DNA of 64,000 nt from Spirochaetia bacterium (GTDB lineage Bacteria > Spirochaetota > Spirochaetia > SZUA-6 > Bin103), in contig CBDBOV010000004.1 of assembly GCA_965208575.1 (NCBI GenBank), positions 1,312,001 to 1,376,000 of the forward strand. The letters are read 5' to 3'. The position numbers were made by a program, and so were the translations under genes. Shown here in pieces: positions 62,750-64,000 of the stretch (its first letter is position 1; every line of letters begins with the position of its first letter). A model generated the notes under the pieces. It worked only from the letters and a program-made list of their open reading frames with translations, did not search any database and was not told where the DNA came from.

Positions 62750-63999
62750 TACTGCTTGCTGCTACCCACCAGCTCGGCCGGCCTGTTCTCGGGGCGGTCG
62801 GCGGCGCTGCCGTTACTGTTGCTGCGCTTGCGGCGGAACAGCAGCTTGCCGTCGCGCATGTAGCCGACCACCGTGCTGCCCGGGAGAAACCGGCCCTTGA
62901 GGATGTCGAGCGACAACGGATCCTCGATATCCTTCTGCAGCACGCGGCGCAGCGGACGCGCGCCGTACCTCGGATCGTAGCCCTTCTCCATCAGGTACTC
63001 GCGGGCTTCCTTGCGCATCTCCAGTTCGATGCGCTGATCGCGCAGCCGCTCCTGCACCTCACCAAGTTCCAGCGTCAGAATGCGCTCCAGTTCCTGCTTG
63101 CTAAGGGCATGGAACACGACCGATTCGTCGATGCGATTCAGGAACTCGGGGCTGAACAGGCGCTTCATTTCGGCCAGCACCTGGGAGCGGATCTCGGCGA
63201 ACTGCTTGCCGCCCTCCTCGACCTGGAACCCGAGCGAGGTCTCGGCGCTGATCTCGCGCGCACCGGCGTTCGAGGTCATGATCAGCACGGTGTTGCGGAA
63301 CGACACGGTGTGGCCGAGCTGATCCTGCAACTGGCCCTCTTCGAGCACCTGCAGCAGCAGGTTGAACACGTCCGGATGCGCCTTCTCGATCTCATCGAGC
63401 AGAATCACGCTGTACGGCCGGCGCCGAATCCGCTCGGTGAGCATGCCGCCCTCCTCGTAGCCGACGTATCCGGGCGGTGCCCCTACCAGGCGCGAGACAT
63501 TGTGTTTCTCCATGAAGTCCGACATGTCGATACGCACCAGGGCGTCTTCGTTGCCGAACAGGAACTCCGCGAGCGTCTTGGCCACGAGCGTCTTGCCGAC
63601 GCCGGTAGGACCGAGGAACACGAACGACCCGAGCGGGCGCCGCGGCGACGACAGGCCGGTGCGGGAACGGCGAATGGCGGCCGCGATTACCTGGATCGCC
63701 TCGTCCTGTCCCACCACCCGCTTGTGCAGTTCGTCCTCGATGTTCAGGAGGCGTTCCGACTCGGTCTGCACGATGCGCGCCAGCGGGATTCCGGTGATGT
63801 CCGAAATCACCTGCTGGATGTCCTCCATGTCCACCAGGCGCTGTTCCGCCTGCATGTCCTTCTGCCAGTCGCGCTCACGCGCCTCCAGGTCCGACTTCAA
63901 CTGGCGTACCTGGTCGCGCACCGCGGCGGCCTTCTCGTAGTTCTGGCTGTTGACCAGGTTGCTCTTCTCGACGGTGAGCCGCTCGATCTTCTCATCCAG
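62749..63999 (-). CDS. clpC: ATP-dependent Clp protease ATPase subunit ClpC (5'-partial)
   Basis: UVR-like segment, VVGQDEA, GPTGVGKT, RIDMSDFMEKHNVSRLVGAPPGYVGY, GARPLRR. Confidence 0.93.
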   Translation of the reverse strand: MDEKIERLTVEKSNLVNSQNYEKAAAVRDQVRQLKSDLEARERDWQKDMQAEQRLVDMEDIQQVISDITGIPLARIVQTESERLLNIEDELHKRVVGQDEAIQVIAAAIRRSRTGLSSPRRPLGSFVFLGPTGVGKTLVAKTLAEFLFGNEDALVRIDMSDFMEKHNVSRLVGAPPGYVGYEEGGMLTERIRRRPYSVILLDEIEKAHPDVFNLLLQVLEEGQLQDQLGHTVSFRNTVLIMTSNAGAREISAETSLGFQVEEGGKQFAEIRSQVLAEMKRLFSPEFLNRIDESVVFHALSKQELERILTLELGEVQERLRDQRIELEMRKEAREYLMEKGYDPRYGARPLRRVLQKDIEDPLSLDILKGRFLPGSTVVGYMRDGKLLFRRKRSNSNGSAADRPENRPAELVGSSKQ

Positions 64000-64000
64000 G

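Overview
This is a very GC-rich chromosomal window, most likely from a Spirochaetota (Spirochaetaceae-like) bacterium. The assignment is inferred from the murG-cvpA-holB-like-hk2-rrp2 gene order seen in Borrelia and Treponema, a stand-alone groES, and a JAB-DinG fusion. Most of it is housekeeping: ppdK, a short RpoS-like sigma-70, groES, a lysine riboswitch with the asd-lysC-lysA-dapF-dapL operon, uvrB, htrA, comM, rnhA, two tRNA-Met genes, rpsU, recJ, recO, lon, tsaC, rnz, epmA-efp, a TPR protein and clpC. Three accessory regions stand out. (1) About 1.65-8.85 kb: six head-to-tail, mosaic Uma2-like PD-(D/E)XK nuclease genes. Each has its own conserved promoter/leader and, except copy 3, a structured trailer. 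The spacers carry gene scraps, including a diverged 62-bp piece of the neighbouring ppdK gene and the 3' end of an autotransporter-like gene. This is the best candidate for an undescribed system. (2) About 51.1-54.9 kb: an IR-bounded DDE transposon containing a second, broken transposase between ~130-bp structured direct repeats. (3) About 58.3-59.6 kb: a lower-GC three-gene island that may be a toxin-antitoxin or defence module. Also notable are a sigma-54 promoter with an upstream palindrome in front of the RpoS-like sigma (a possible Rrp2-RpoN-RpoS cascade), an apparent ATC start for rpsU, and several apparently leaderless promoters. All family calls come from motif recognition by eye; no database searches were run.
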